A stretch of DNA of 57,477 nt, from assembly GCA_040220235.1 (NCBI GenBank), contig JAVJTO010000019.1; one strand, 5' to 3'. Position 1 is the first letter of the stretch, and every line of letters starts with the position of its first letter. Position numbers and translations under genes: made by a program. Under the pieces are notes generated by a model. It was not told the origin of the DNA. It ran no database searches and saw only the letters and a list, made by a program, of their open reading frames with translations. This document shows, in pieces, positions 1 to 12,100 of the stretch. The DNA comes from Coleofasciculus sp. B1-GNL1-01. Lineage in GTDB: Bacteria > Cyanobacteriota > Cyanobacteriia > Cyanobacteriales > Coleofasciculaceae.

Positions 1-139
1 AGCTGCAATGCCTGTATTGAAAAATAGCAGGTTTGAGCAAGTAGAGGCATCTTGATAATGCCCATTCGGAATTCGGACAAAGGTTTCTCTGCCGAATCTG
101 ATGCGAGAATCTGCGTCTCTTCAGAGCGCAGAATGTCAA
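1..139 (+). mobile_element. Right end of an IS200/IS605-family element (body lies outside the window)
   Basis: AGAATCTGCGTCTC-TTCA-GAGCGCAGAATG-TCAA: subterminal hairpin followed by the TCAA terminus typical of IS200/IS605 right ends. An open frame ends in TGA at ~55 (possible tnpB tail). The end abuts a truncated gene. Confidence 0.7.
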
Positions 140-1125
140 AAGCCCAAATCAATCAGGAATTGTACATCATCATTGGGAATATCCCCCAACTCCCGACCGA
201 CGAGCATGGGTTCAATAATCGCCCGTACCCGGTCTTCTTGCAATAGACTAGCTAAACTATCCAGGTGAGTATCTTGCCGTTGAATCAATATTTCCTTGGC
301 TTGCTCGATATGATCCACCGTAATCACCTGTTGCGGATCAGGCAAAATGACTTCCACAATTTCTTTAGCTAAGGCATTGACTAACCAGGGTTGACCCTGA
401 GTTAATTCAAATGCTCGCTGTACTGCCTCACGCTCAAAAACCTGCCCGGTTTCGTTGGTATGCTGCTCGTACAATTGGGCGACTTCTTTTGCCGTAAAGT
501 TGCTTAGGGTTAAGGATTTAATCTTGATATTGAAGGGACTTGAGGTGTTCAAGCGATTACTCCCCCCAGACGCGATTTTATAATCCCGTACATCCCGCAC
601 CCCAATCAGTGCTAGAGAGTGAGGAAATCGTTGGGGACGCTTGGGATACCCAGAACCCAATTGACGCAGTACTGAAATTAGGGTTTCATCCTGCAACGCA
701 TCAATTTCATCAATGAACAGGACAAGGGGACGGGGGGAGACTTTTGCCCAAAACCTTAATGCCGCTTGGATACGCTGTCCGGCTTCAGCGGGGAACCATT
801 CCGGTGGATGGAGTTCCCAGGGTAAATAGTCTTCAGCATTCTCGCGCCAACTGCCCAGCATGGCGTTTTCTGCGGCACCTGGATCATGGGGAAAGGCGGC
901 GCCAACTTCTGCCGATACCATGACGGCGGTGTATTGTTCGCTGGCGGTTAACTGTTGGGCGAGGGCTAGCATCGCGGTGGTTTTGCCCGTTTGCCGGGGC
1001 GCATGGATGACAAAGTAGCCCTGCTGCTCAATCAGTCGGTCTAGGTTAGGGAGTCGCGCTAGGGGCGAGATCATGTAGTGGATGTCGGCTTTGCACGGAC
1101 CGGCTATGTTAAACCATTTGGGCAT
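136..1125 (-). pseudogene. AAA-family P-loop ATPase, 3'-truncated by IS insertion
   Basis: Walker A HAPRQTGKT and Walker B LFIDEID. Likely start MPKWFN at 1125. The ORF stops at ...LIDLGF on a TGA supplied by the IS TCAA end. Confidence 0.75.
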
Positions 1126-1225
1126 GGGAGGCAGGTGGCAGAAGGTAGGTGGGAACTCTTGATAGTTTTCCCATGATTTCAAATCTGTTACTTTATGGTA
1201 TCAATAGTTTTGAGTGAGAGACCGT

Positions 1226-1432
1226 GTAGGGGCGGGTTTCACTACTACCCTTTCGTTCCTCACCTAGATGTGACTAAACCCGCCCCGATCAAGTGCGAGA
1301 GTTTTGACCCTTGGCAATGATTGTCGGGCATGGTTTCGAGACTTCCCGTGAACAGTCAGAATGTTCAACCGGATATGATATGAGTTGGGTTTCGTTCCTC
1401 AACCCAACCTACAACTTCAAACCCGCCCTGAC
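1226..1432. repeat. Cluster of REP-like palindromic elements
   Basis: GTAGGGGCGGGTTT...AAACCCGCCCC at 1226-1286. A second copy at 1323-1432 has a nested GTTGGGTTTCGTTCCTCAACCCAACCTAC. Confidence 0.8.
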
Positions 1433-1511
1433 CGAGTTTTGATCGCGTGGAGGGTTGACATTTTGTTTGTTATATGTAAAGGGGAGGTTGGGGAGGCGAT
1501 CGCGCTTGATA

Positions 1512-4500
1512 TTATGTCCTGGATTCACTTAAATTAACGGGAATTTCGATAATAAATTCTGTGCCTTTGCCTAAATCAGAAACACAGCTAATTTTACCTT
1601 GGTGTTTTTCGACAATAATCTGGTGACTTATGGCTAACCCTAACCCTGTGCCACTTCCCACTGGTTTGGTGGTGAAAAACGGGTCAAAGATATGCTGACG
1701 CACATTTTTACTCATGCCGATTCCGTTATCGCGAATCCGAATAATAATGGATTGGGAGAAGTTTTGAGTGTTGAGTCTTGACCCAAGGCTAGGCTGATCT
1801 GGAACCTGGTTTGTCGGGACGGGTTTAGGATTTTTCGTTTCGCTATTGATGATAACATTTGTGCGAAACATGCCCTGACTCACTGTTGAGTTAACCGCCT
1901 CATCTCCCCTAATTTTAGACGCGCCATGGCACGTCTCTACACGCTTCTGTGTACCTCCAGATTCTCTATTATTAGAGACTTCAGTGGTGATGGTAATCAA
2001 TCGAGGTTCGGCTTGACAGTTTAAGGCTTCAATCGCATTATCAAAGATATTGATAAAGACTTGATTTAACTGACTGGCATAACAGGTAATTTTGGGAAGT
2101 TGGCTATAGTGTTTAATCACTTGAATTTCTGGGCGATTGCCTTCTGCCCGGAGTCGATGCTGTAACATGAACAGGGTGTTCTCAATGCCTTCATGAATAT
2201 CAACCTGTTTTAACTGAGCTTCATCTAATTTGGAAAAGCTTTTGAGCGATCGCACAATTTGCTCGATGCGTTGAACCCCTATTTCCATAGAGTTAATCAG
2301 CTTAGACCAATCCTCGACCAGAAACTCTAAATCGATGTCCTGACTCAATTGTTTAATTGCGGCGGTGGGTTGAGGATAGGTTTGCTGATACAGGTGTACG
2401 AGTTTTAATAGGTCTTGGAAATAGTCACGAGCATAAGTAATATTGCCATAGATAAAATTGGCGGGGTTGTTGAGTTCATGTGCGACTCCCCCAACCATGC
2501 GCCCTAAACTGGACATTTTTTCGGTTTGGATCAGTTGGGCTTGGGTGCGTTTTAATTCAGCCAGGGTTTGTTGTAGCGCTTTGGCTTTTTCCCGTTCCCG
2601 GGTTTCTGATTCCTGCAATGCTAGTTCGATTTGTTTGCGATCGCTAATATCCCGGTGAGTTCCAGTCATCCGCACAGGTAAACCGTTTTCATCATCAGCA
2701 ACGACTTTCCCATAATTGGAAATCCATTTATAGTCCCCAGATTTCGTCAGCAGTCGATAGTCTAATTTGTAGGGAATGGAGGGATCGCGTAAATGCGCCT
2801 GCAACAGTTCCATCACCCCCGGTTTATCATCGGGATGGATCAGGTTTTCCCAAGTGCTGACATGTCCGGGTAGTTCATCACACTCATAGCCCAGCATATC
2901 GAACCAGTGACGGGATAAATAAACCTCTCCAGTATTGATGTTCCAATCCCATAACCCATCTCCTGATGCATCTAACGCCAGTTGTAAGCGTTCTTCACTT
3001 TGGCGTAAGGCGGCTTGCGATCGCGTCCGTTCGATGGCAATTTTGGCAAGGTAGAGAATTTGGTCAATTAAGTCTTGATCCAGAGTTGTGGCGGTTTGCG
3101 GTTGGTGATAATACCCGGCAAATGTGCCTAAGATACTGCCATTACTGGATAAAATGGGGACAGACCAACAGGCTCGCAACCCATGGGCTAAGGCTAAGTC
3201 TTTATAATCTGCCCATAAGGGATCAGTCGCAATATCGGTGACAATAACCGTTTCTTTGCGATACGCTGCTGTACCACAGGAACCCACACCATCACCAATT
3301 TCCACACCATCGACCGCTTGATTATACGCATCCGGTAAACTCGGTGCTGCACCTAAGCGCAGTTTCCCCTGTTCATCTAATAAGAGAAAGGATGATCGCA
3401 GTTTTCCAGACTGTTCCTCAAGGAACCGGGCTAATGCTTCTAAAATATCCGGGAGTGGCGCATCGGAAGCAATTCGTTCCAAGACATTATTTTGTTCCTC
3501 CAGCAGTATCTGGGCTTGCTTGCGTTCTGTTATATCCAGAACGGTTCCCATTAGTTTAATCACCTGATTTTGGGCATTCAGGACAGGTTTACTTCGACCT
3601 TCCAGATAGCGAATTTCACCATCGGGACGAATAATTCGATATTCAATGGTATAGGATTGAGGAGTCTTGATCGCGTTTTTTACCTGTTGGATAAATAAAG
3701 GACGATCATCGGGATGAATCCAAGTCAGATGTTGCTTATACGTGAGGGGGTTTGGGTTGGGTTCAAGCCCATAAATCCGAAACAGTTCCGTTGACCAACT
3801 AATCTCCCCCGTCAGCCGATTAGACTCCCAACTACCAACAGATGCAATTTTCTGGGCTTCGGTGAGTCTGGCTTCAGACAGGCGCAGGTTTTCTGCTGCG
3901 GTTTTGCGATCGCTCATATCAATCGCAGTCCCCAGGGTTTGTCGGGTTGTCCCGTCTGCATCCTGTTTAAACACGGTTTCTCTGCAAAATAACCAACGCC
4001 ATTCCCCGTTTTTGTGGCGCATCCGGTACTCTAACTCAAAGACTTCTCCCACTTTGGCGTGTTTGATGCGTTGTGCATGATCCGAGAGGATGGCAAAATC
4101 ATCCGGGTGCATCAGCCTAGAGAGAACCTGATTCCCCATCTGTTGGATTTCTGCGGGGGTGTAACCTAAAATTTCATGGATTTCCCGGTTCGCGTAGATA
4201 TTACGTTGTTCTACCCAGTCATGAATGTAGATAATATTGGGATTCGCATCATTAATTGCCTGTAACCAGCGCTGAGACTCTTGCAGGGCTTGATCGAGTT
4301 GCTGGCGTTCAATTCCCACCGCGATTTCATTTGCAACGGAAGCGAGGGTATGCAGAGTCGATAGGGATAAGGGATGACGGGCGAACATTGCCATAACCCC
4401 CACCAGTTCATTGTTTACGATCAGGGGATAACCAGCAAAGGATACCATTCCTTCCCGTCGCGCCCAGTCTGGATCACTGATTTCCGAATCATTGAGGATA

Positions 4501-5327
4501 TCATTGGTGAGATGGGGTTGGCGTTGGCTAGCGATGCGACCAATTTTTAAATCACCCACGGGGACTCTAGCATGAGCGCCATTAATATGGGTGTACAATC
4601 CCGCCGAGGCTTGTAACTCTAAGATATTGTCTTGGGAATTCAGCGTCCAAATTCGGGCAAAGGCGATATCAAGGTGTTGGACAAAAGCTTGAGTACAGCG
4701 ACACAGCATCGGAGATAACTCACTTTCCTGACTCAAGGCAAATCCGATATCTGAACGCAAGGCTAAGCGCTGCGTATGTTCGGCTAACTCGGCTTCGGCT
4801 TGTTTGCGATCGCGAATTTCTTGGTGCAACTGGGTGTTTTGGTTCTGGAGTTGCTGGGTTAACAATTTCAGATGTAGGTGAATTTTAACCCGGGCTAACA
4901 CCTCATCCAGTTGAATCGGCTTACTAATATAGTCAACCGCCCCTAAGGATAATCCTTTGACTTTTGCCTCACAATTCGACGTATCCACCGCCGCTGTCAT
5001 AAAAATGACAGGGATATGTTTAGTTTTCTCCCAGGCTTTCAGATGACGACAGGTTTCAAAGCCATCCATTTCTGGCATCATCACATCCAGTAATATCAGA
5101 TCGGGATTCAGTTTCTCTAAGAGTTTCAGCCCTTGCTCACCACTTTTAGCAATCCGCACCTCAAACCCTGCGTCTCTCAAGAAATCCGAAACCAGTTTCA
5201 GATTCTCTGGCGTATCATCAATAACTAGAATTTGTGCATATCCTTGAGAATTCTGAATCTCTCCCCAGACGTTCGTCAACTCGTTTGGGGAATCTGGATG
5301 TAACTGAGAGTTTGGATAGAGTGACAT
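1512..5327 (-). CDS. Hybrid sensor histidine kinase (REC-GAF-PAS-PAS-GAF-PAS-HisKA-HATPase)
   Basis: REC motifs ILVIDD and LILLDVMMP; two GAF and three PAS/PAC segments; H-box VAHELNNP; G-boxes DNGIG and GTGLGL. Confidence 0.93.
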   Translation of the reverse strand: MSLYPNSQLHPDSPNELTNVWGEIQNSQGYAQILVIDDTPENLKLVSDFLRDAGFEVRIAKSGEQGLKLLEKLNPDLILLDVMMPEMDGFETCRHLKAWEKTKHIPVIFMTAAVDTSNCEAKVKGLSLGAVDYISKPIQLDEVLARVKIHLHLKLLTQQLQNQNTQLHQEIRDRKQAEAELAEHTQRLALRSDIGFALSQESELSPMLCRCTQAFVQHLDIAFARIWTLNSQDNILELQASAGLYTHINGAHARVPVGDLKIGRIASQRQPHLTNDILNDSEISDPDWARREGMVSFAGYPLIVNNELVGVMAMFARHPLSLSTLHTLASVANEIAVGIERQQLDQALQESQRWLQAINDANPNIIYIHDWVEQRNIYANREIHEILGYTPAEIQQMGNQVLSRLMHPDDFAILSDHAQRIKHAKVGEVFELEYRMRHKNGEWRWLFCRETVFKQDADGTTRQTLGTAIDMSDRKTAAENLRLSEARLTEAQKIASVGSWESNRLTGEISWSTELFRIYGLEPNPNPLTYKQHLTWIHPDDRPLFIQQVKNAIKTPQSYTIEYRIIRPDGEIRYLEGRSKPVLNAQNQVIKLMGTVLDITERKQAQILLEEQNNVLERIASDAPLPDILEALARFLEEQSGKLRSSFLLLDEQGKLRLGAAPSLPDAYNQAVDGVEIGDGVGSCGTAAYRKETVIVTDIATDPLWADYKDLALAHGLRACWSVPILSSNGSILGTFAGYYHQPQTATTLDQDLIDQILYLAKIAIERTRSQAALRQSEERLQLALDASGDGLWDWNINTGEVYLSRHWFDMLGYECDELPGHVSTWENLIHPDDKPGVMELLQAHLRDPSIPYKLDYRLLTKSGDYKWISNYGKVVADDENGLPVRMTGTHRDISDRKQIELALQESETREREKAKALQQTLAELKRTQAQLIQTEKMSSLGRMVGGVAHELNNPANFIYGNITYARDYFQDLLKLVHLYQQTYPQPTAAIKQLSQDIDLEFLVEDWSKLINSMEIGVQRIEQIVRSLKSFSKLDEAQLKQVDIHEGIENTLFMLQHRLRAEGNRPEIQVIKHYSQLPKITCYASQLNQVFINIFDNAIEALNCQAEPRLITITTEVSNNRESGGTQKRVETCHGASKIRGDEAVNSTVSQGMFRTNVIINSETKNPKPVPTNQVPDQPSLGSRLNTQNFSQSIIIRIRDNGIGMSKNVRQHIFDPFFTTKPVGSGTGLGLAISHQIIVEKHQGKISCVSDLGKGTEFIIEIPVNLSESRT

Positions 5328-5523
5328 TTTAGCTTAGTTTCCCTTGCCCGGTAATGCCATTCTATTCGCTTGGCACGGGATGGGGTAGATAAGGAGTCTA
5401 GTTTCACTCAAAATTTAACTTGGCTAGCATCGACGAGACGATCTTCAGTTTCCCGATTACTCTGTCGCCGTTTTTATCTAGCTCAACGCTATACCAAATC
5501 TATCAAAAAGCCGATCAGGTAAA

Positions 5524-5588
5524 GAGGGCGGGTTTTGTCTGTTCAATTATCTCAGACGATCAACATTGATCCCTAAACCCGCCCCTAC
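5524..5588. repeat. REP-like inverted-repeat element
   Basis: GGGCGGGTTT...AAACCCGCCCCTAC. Confidence 0.8.
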
Positions 5589-5590
5589 AT

Positions 5591-5692
5591 TTAACGATTC
5601 GGTAAATTTAACCTGCCAGTTTGCCATAACAGTTGACGTTCAAGCAGGCGATCGCGAAGATTTAATCGTAGTAGTCGAATTGTCACTCTACC
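5591..5692 (-). pseudogene. C-terminal remnant of an HNH-type endonuclease gene
   Basis: Startless frame GRVTIRLLRLNLRDRLLERQLLWQTGRLNLPNR* resembles the C-terminus of small cyanobacterial HNH proteins (recognised from memory). Confidence 0.55.
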
Positions 5693-6029
5693 TCAGCAAT
5701 GCTTTAGCCTTAGCCATTCGCACCAAATGTTCTAAATATTCATAACTTTGCCAAATTTTTTCTTCATCAGGTGTTAACCCGACAGTGCGATTTTTCTCCA
5801 ACAAGGTTTGAATTTGAGTTTGCAAAGCTGGAGAGGGGCGCAGGGCAATAATTTCTTCGGGTGTTGGTAGAGTTGCGAAGAATTCCAAGACTTCAGCCAT
5901 CCCCGAAAAACCAACATGAGTGTGTGCCTCAAATTCTCGTAAACCCAGTTCCAGAATTTGAGGTAAGCAATTCTCCAGAGCGTTAACTCGTTGTGCTACA
6001 TCGTCAGGAAGGTCAAAGGTAACTTGCAT
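5688..6029 (-). CDS. Hypothetical antitoxin-like protein (type usually paired with an HNH gene)
   Basis: 113 aa; MQVTFDLPD N-terminus, LPTPEEIIALRPS...LEHLVRMAK pattern. Confidence 0.7.
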   Translation of the reverse strand: MQVTFDLPDDVAQRVNALENCLPQILELGLREFEAHTHVGFSGMAEVLEFFATLPTPEEIIALRPSPALQTQIQTLLEKNRTVGLTPDEEKIWQSYEYLEHLVRMAKAKALLR

Positions 6030-6096
6030 GGGAAAAATTATCTAGGATATAACGTACTATTTTACAGCGCTTTTCAAGTAAGTGATGTACACAGAC

Positions 6097-6130
6097 AGAT
6101 CCCCGAATTCTTGCAGAAGTCGGGGATCTT
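6097..6130. repeat. REP-like hairpin or possible terminator downstream of the large kinase
   Basis: AGATCCCCGA-ATTCTTGCAGAAG-TCGGGGATCT inverted repeat. Confidence 0.6.
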
Positions 6131-6161
6131 GCTTAGAGAATGATAAATGACAAAATCCCAA

Positions 6162-9100
6162 TCACCAATCACCAAAATAATTCTCCAATAAATTAACAAT
6201 TTTTTCATAGTCAAACTGAGCCGCCATTCCCAACACTTCAAGAGCAAAGGGAATATAATCTGGATTAATATCTTGCAGTCGCATGGTTTCCTCCTCAACC
6301 CCAGCGACATCCCCCATACTCGCCGCTTCATAGAGAACCCTTAACTCCTCCTGCGTCGGAATTACGCGATCGCCTGATTCCAAATACGAGTTAGAGGGTT
6401 CAGCTTTATCCTGATAAATCCATGACATATCTAAATACACCTGAATTTTCTGTAACAACTCTTCGGTGGCAATTGGCTTGGTGAGAAAATCTGTACAGCC
6501 AGCCTCTAAACTCTCCACGCGGTTATTAGCAAAGGCATTAGCAGAAATGGCAATAATCGGCATCGTTTTAAACTCAGGCAATTGCCGTAGGTGTTGCGTC
6601 ATTTGGTGTCCATTCATCACAGGCATAACAATATCAACCAGAATCAAATCCGGTTGCCATTCCGCAGCTTTTTCTACTCCCTCTTGTCCATTCGCGGCTT
6701 CTTGGATTTCAAAGCCAATGGGTTCTAAAACACTCCGGAGAACCGCACAATTTTCCCAGCGATCATCTACAATCAATATTTTACATTTAGCACCAGCATA
6801 CCCCACAATTGTATCCAGGGGTTTTGCCGGAATAAACTGGGCTGAAGAAGAGACTTCCGGTAAATCTACCTCAAACCAGAATTTACTGCCTACACCAGGA
6901 TGACTTTCAACCCGAATTTGACTCCCCATCAAGGCGATGAGTTTCTGAGTAATTGCTAATCCTAACCCGGTTCCTTCATGGTGACGAGAACTATCCCTCA
7001 CTTGCTCGAAGGGTAAGAAAATTGTCTCTAAGTCTTCAGAATTCATGCCAATTCCGGTATCTTCAACCTGGAAGCGGATGTGGTTATTTGCCATTCGTCT
7101 TTGGTCATTTGTCTTTTGTTCTTGGTTAATTATACTGACTGTAAACGTGACATTCCCTGTATCCGTAAATTTAACGGCATTGGAAAGCAGGTTCATTAAG
7201 ACTTGACGGAGACGCTTTTCATCTGCATGAACTATTTGTGGCACGGGTGTGGGAGGATTGTAGATAAAACTAATGTCTTTTTGAATGGTTTTTAGGCGAA
7301 ATATTTCACAGAGTCCGACGATAAATGAGGGAAAATAAAAGTCTTCGGGATAGAGTTCTAGTTTTCCGGCTTCCACTTTCGACAGGTCTAAAATATCGTT
7401 AATTAGGGTGAGCAGATGTTTGCCGCACTGGTGGATGATTTCAATTCCGTCCTTTTGTTTTTGGGTTAAGTTAGGATTGGGTTTAAGAATTTGAGCATAG
7501 CCTAAAATGCCATTTAGAGGCGTGCGAAGTTCATGACTCATTGAGGCTAAGAACGCACTTTTGGCACGATTGGCGGCTTCGGCGGCATCTTTGGCTTTGG
7601 CTAGTTCGATCTCGGTTTTCTTGAGTTCAGTTATATCAATTTCAATCCCATCCCAAATCGTTCGTCCATCGGCTAAACGACGGGGGGCAGAACGTACATA
7701 AGACCATTGAATATCACCGCTAGGTGTTCGCTTCCGCATCTGCATCTCATAAATCGAAAGATTACGCCAGGATTCTTCATTACGTTGGTAATTTAGCTGA
7801 CGATCTTCGTCAACAATTAGGTTAAACAAAACACTAGCATCCTGGATAATTACCTCTGGTTTAATGCCGACTAATCGTTCAATCCCGGCGGTGATGTAGG
7901 AGAAGTGAAACGTGCCATTAGGTTCTCTAACGAGTTGATAAATTAAACCATTGGGCAGATTATCGGCTAGAGTACGCAATCGGTATTCTCGTTCTTGTAG
8001 CGCTAATTCTGCTTTTTTGCGATCGGTAATATCTTTACCAATTCCCAAAATAGACCCATCGGGTAGGCGAATATTTGCCCAAGTGGTGTCTATTATTTCG
8101 CCCGTGCGGATTCGAGTCTGAAAGTCTCGCCACGTTCCATCTGCTTTTAAGACAAATTCTAACACGGAGGCGCAATACTCTGGATTAGGATAAAGCTCGG
8201 CTATAATATTATCAATGTTTTGAATTTCTGCCAGTGACCACCCCAATGTTTGCTCAAATGCCGGGTTGATTAATTGCACCTTACTCCGGTCATTTACGAA
8301 ACACAACATAACCGGAAGCGCATCAAAAATTGCCTGGAGAATTTCTTTTTGCTGACTCAACGCCAGTTCAGCTTGTTTGCGATCGCTAATGTCTCGGAGA
8401 ATGGCGGTACAGATAATTTCGCCATTGATGTCCAGTTTAGAAATTGAGGCTTCCATAGGAAACTCTGTCCCATCCTGGCGGCGACCAAACAGTTCATTCC
8501 GTTCTCCCATTTGTCGGGCTTTACCCGCAGATTCGGCAAAATTAGTAACATGTTGGCGGTGAATTGTAGCGGCGCGAGGGGGTAATAGTAAATCCAGAGG
8601 TTGACCTAATACTTGATCTGCCTTGTAGCCAAACATTTGTTCGGCACCCTGATTGAATAGGATAATCCGTTGTTCACTATCGACGGAAATAATCCCATCT
8701 TTGGCAATTTCTAGAATCCCGGCAAATCGCGCTTGAGAGGCGGCTAGAGCCAGTTCAGCCTGTTTGCGATCGCTAATATTCCGGGTGAGGGCAATCACTT
8801 CAGTTTGATTCAGGGGAACCATTCGCGCCTCGAAGTATTGTTCCCCATTAGATAGGGGTAAAGAATACTCGATACTCACCAGGGATTCAGTGGCTAAAAC
8901 CTGCTGAATCGCGGCATATAATTTTTCTCCTACATCAGTCGGTAATACCTCTTGAATTTTATGGTGCAGAAATGAGTCCGGTGAGGTATATAACTCCTGA
9001 TAGTTTTTGGTGCGAAAATCCAGAATCGTGCCATCCGCCGCCAGCCGAAACAGGATATCAGGAAACGCATCAAAAATGGCTTGCATTTCCTGGTTGGTTT

Positions 9101-12100
9101 GCCGCAATTGAGTTTCCACCTGTTTCAATTCCGTGAGATTCCGACAATTGACGACAACGCCGGAAATTCGCTGATTAGCATCCAGATAAGGGATATAGGT
9201 GACGCTGATAAATTCGTGTTTTCCCCCCGGATAATCAAACCACTCTTGATAGTTTATGGTTTCCCCCGCCAGACAGCGATCTAAATTGGGTTTAATTACC
9301 TGTACAAACACGTCCTCTCCCAGCAAGTCACTCACCGAATGACCAACAATTTCGTTATATTGTTTTTGATTCCAATCCAGATAGGCTTGATTGACAATTT
9401 TATAGGTGTAATTGCTATCCACCAAGGAAATGGCATCGGTTGTTGATGACACAATCCGTTCATACCGTCGCAAGGCATCTTCGGCTTCTTTGAGTTCGGT
9501 GATATCCTGAGATGTTCCCAAAATCCTAATCACCCGGTTATTTTCATCCCGTTCAAATACAACTTCCTTTGACAATAACCAGCGCCATGATCCATCGTTG
9601 TGACGAAATCGACTCTCAGTGGTTAAAACATCGCTATCTGATGCCGTTTGCCAAAAGTTTATATTCCGCTCAATTAACGGCAAATCATCGGGATGGAGGA
9701 CATTTAGGAAAAATTCCATTCCCCGCCGTATAATTTCCTCGGGAGTGTAACCCAATATATCCAGAGATTGTCGATTAATATAGAGATCGGTTCCTGCTGT
9801 TGGGTCAAATAAGTAAAGCAGTTGCGGCGAAGCATTAATGATTTTTTCGATAAACCGTTGATTTTCCTTGAGTTGGAGTTCAATCTGTTTGCGATCGCTA
9901 ATATTAAAGCTTGTGCCAATTAATCGATAAATGCGGGATTTTCTATCTTTTAGGGGGGTTAAACTACTAATCCACCAAGAGTCTTTTCCGTTAATCTGTA
10001 GCGAATGTTCATAGGTAATTTTCTCTCCCGCCGCCAGACAGCGACGATACCGTTGGCACACCGCCTCGGCAATGTCTGGTGTTAATACCTCATGTGGCGT
10101 TTTCCCTTTTATTTCTGAGTTGCGAAGACCAGACATCCGTTCATGGGTGGGATTAATGCTAACATAGCGAAACTCACCGTTTTCCAGAACGTCAACGATA
10201 AAGACAGCCGCTTCAATGCCTTCGTAAATACTGCGTAAAAACGCTTCGCTTTCTCGTAAGGCTTCCTCCGTTTGCTTCCGTTCCGTGATATCCTGGGCGA
10301 CAACCATCCCAGCAATAATCTCTCCCGCCTCATCTCGCACCGCCCGAATTTGCAGCAGTTGAGTCCGATTTCGATAGGGTATTTCCAGGGTTTTTTCTAT
10401 CCCGGCTAAAGCGTCACGATACAGGGGTTCAACTACCGCACATTCTTGCTCAGATAACGCTTCCCAAATCGTTTTTCCTTCTAAGACATCCCGACTATAT
10501 CCTGAGCCTGAGCGACCTAATCCTTGACCATCTGCCACTAAATACCGCAGCTCCTGATCAAACAAGAAAATTGCCCCATTGGGGAAATGTTTTGCCATAG
10601 TACGGTAGAGTTGTTCACTATAGCGTAGGGCGTCTTCAGCTTGTTTGCGTTCAGTAATATCAGTAATCATCCCCAAGACTCCTGTCGCTTGTCCCGATGC
10701 ATCACAAATCGGAGTTGAGGCGATTAACGTCCACAACTCCGAACCATCACGGCGGCGAAACTTAAATTCATGCTTTTCATGAATTCCCTGACGGCGACGC
10801 TCTAAATTTCGGGTAGCCATAGCTTTCCCCGCTTCATCCATAAAAGCAAACATAGGTTGTTCCAGCATCTGCTCCACTGAATACCCCAACATTTGCGCCA
10901 TTTTCGGATTAACAAATATCGTATTTCCGTCCATGTCGATACTCCAAATTCCCTCATCAGCGGTTTCGACAATGCGACGATACTCTTCCTCCCGCTCTCG
11001 TAAAGCTTCCTCAGCTCGTTTGCGTTCAGTGATATCAATTAAATACCCCACACATTCCAGGGGTGTCCCCATTTCATCCCGAATCAAACGCAGTTGAGTG
11101 GTGAGCCAGTGATACGTGCCATCCCCATGGTGAAAGCGGTATTCGTAGGTACAATATCCCTGAGCAAATAGTTGTGGTATTACCTCGTTTATCACCGTCC
11201 TATCCTCTGGGTGAACTCGCTCCCACCAAAACGGAGCATTGTCGATAAAGTTCTCAGCATCATAGCCAAGAATTGTACTGGCATTTTCACTCATAAACGT
11301 GGCGGAGTAATCGCCTTCGATTTGAGAACTAAAAATAACCGCAGGACTCGCCGTGAGCAGATATTGCAGGCGTTCTTTAGTCGATTGGAGTTCTAACTCG
11401 GCTTGTTTGCGTTCGGTAATATCTTCAACCAAGCCAACAAACCGCAACAGTTCTCCCGTTTCATCTCGCACCACCGAAATATCAGCAGTAATCCAGCGTT
11501 GTTCACCATCAGGTCGAATAATCCGATACTCCCGCTTTACCGAATGTCCTTGAAACTGTTGGCTAAGGGAATCGAGAACCAACGGACGATCCTCTGGATG
11601 TACCGCCTCTATCCAGGATTCTGGGTGTTGATATAGACTTTCACAAGAACGTCCCCATATCGTTTCGTAGGCGGGACTGACGTAGAGAAACTGACCGGAA
11701 CTGGCGGAGCGGACAAAGAAGAATTGACTCACAGTTCTGGCAATTTCTTGGAAGCGGTTCTCGCTCCTGATTAAGGCTTGTTCAAATTGCTTGCGATCGG
11801 TGATATCCTGGGTGACAACCATCCCGGCGATGATGGTTCCTGCATCATTTCTCACCGCCGTACTCTGACACAAATAGGTGAATTCTCCGAGGCTAATTTC
11901 TTGAGTCTGCTCAATTCCGGCTAAGGCGGCATGATAGAGTGGCTCAACTATGGCACAAGTGTCTGGCGGTAAAACCTCCCAGAGGGTTTTCCCATGCAAG
12001 GCTTCCCCACGATGTCCGGCTTGAGCCAACGCCTGACCATCCGCCACCAGATAGCGTAGGTTATCGTCAAACAGGAACATGGCTCCATTGGGGAAGTTCC

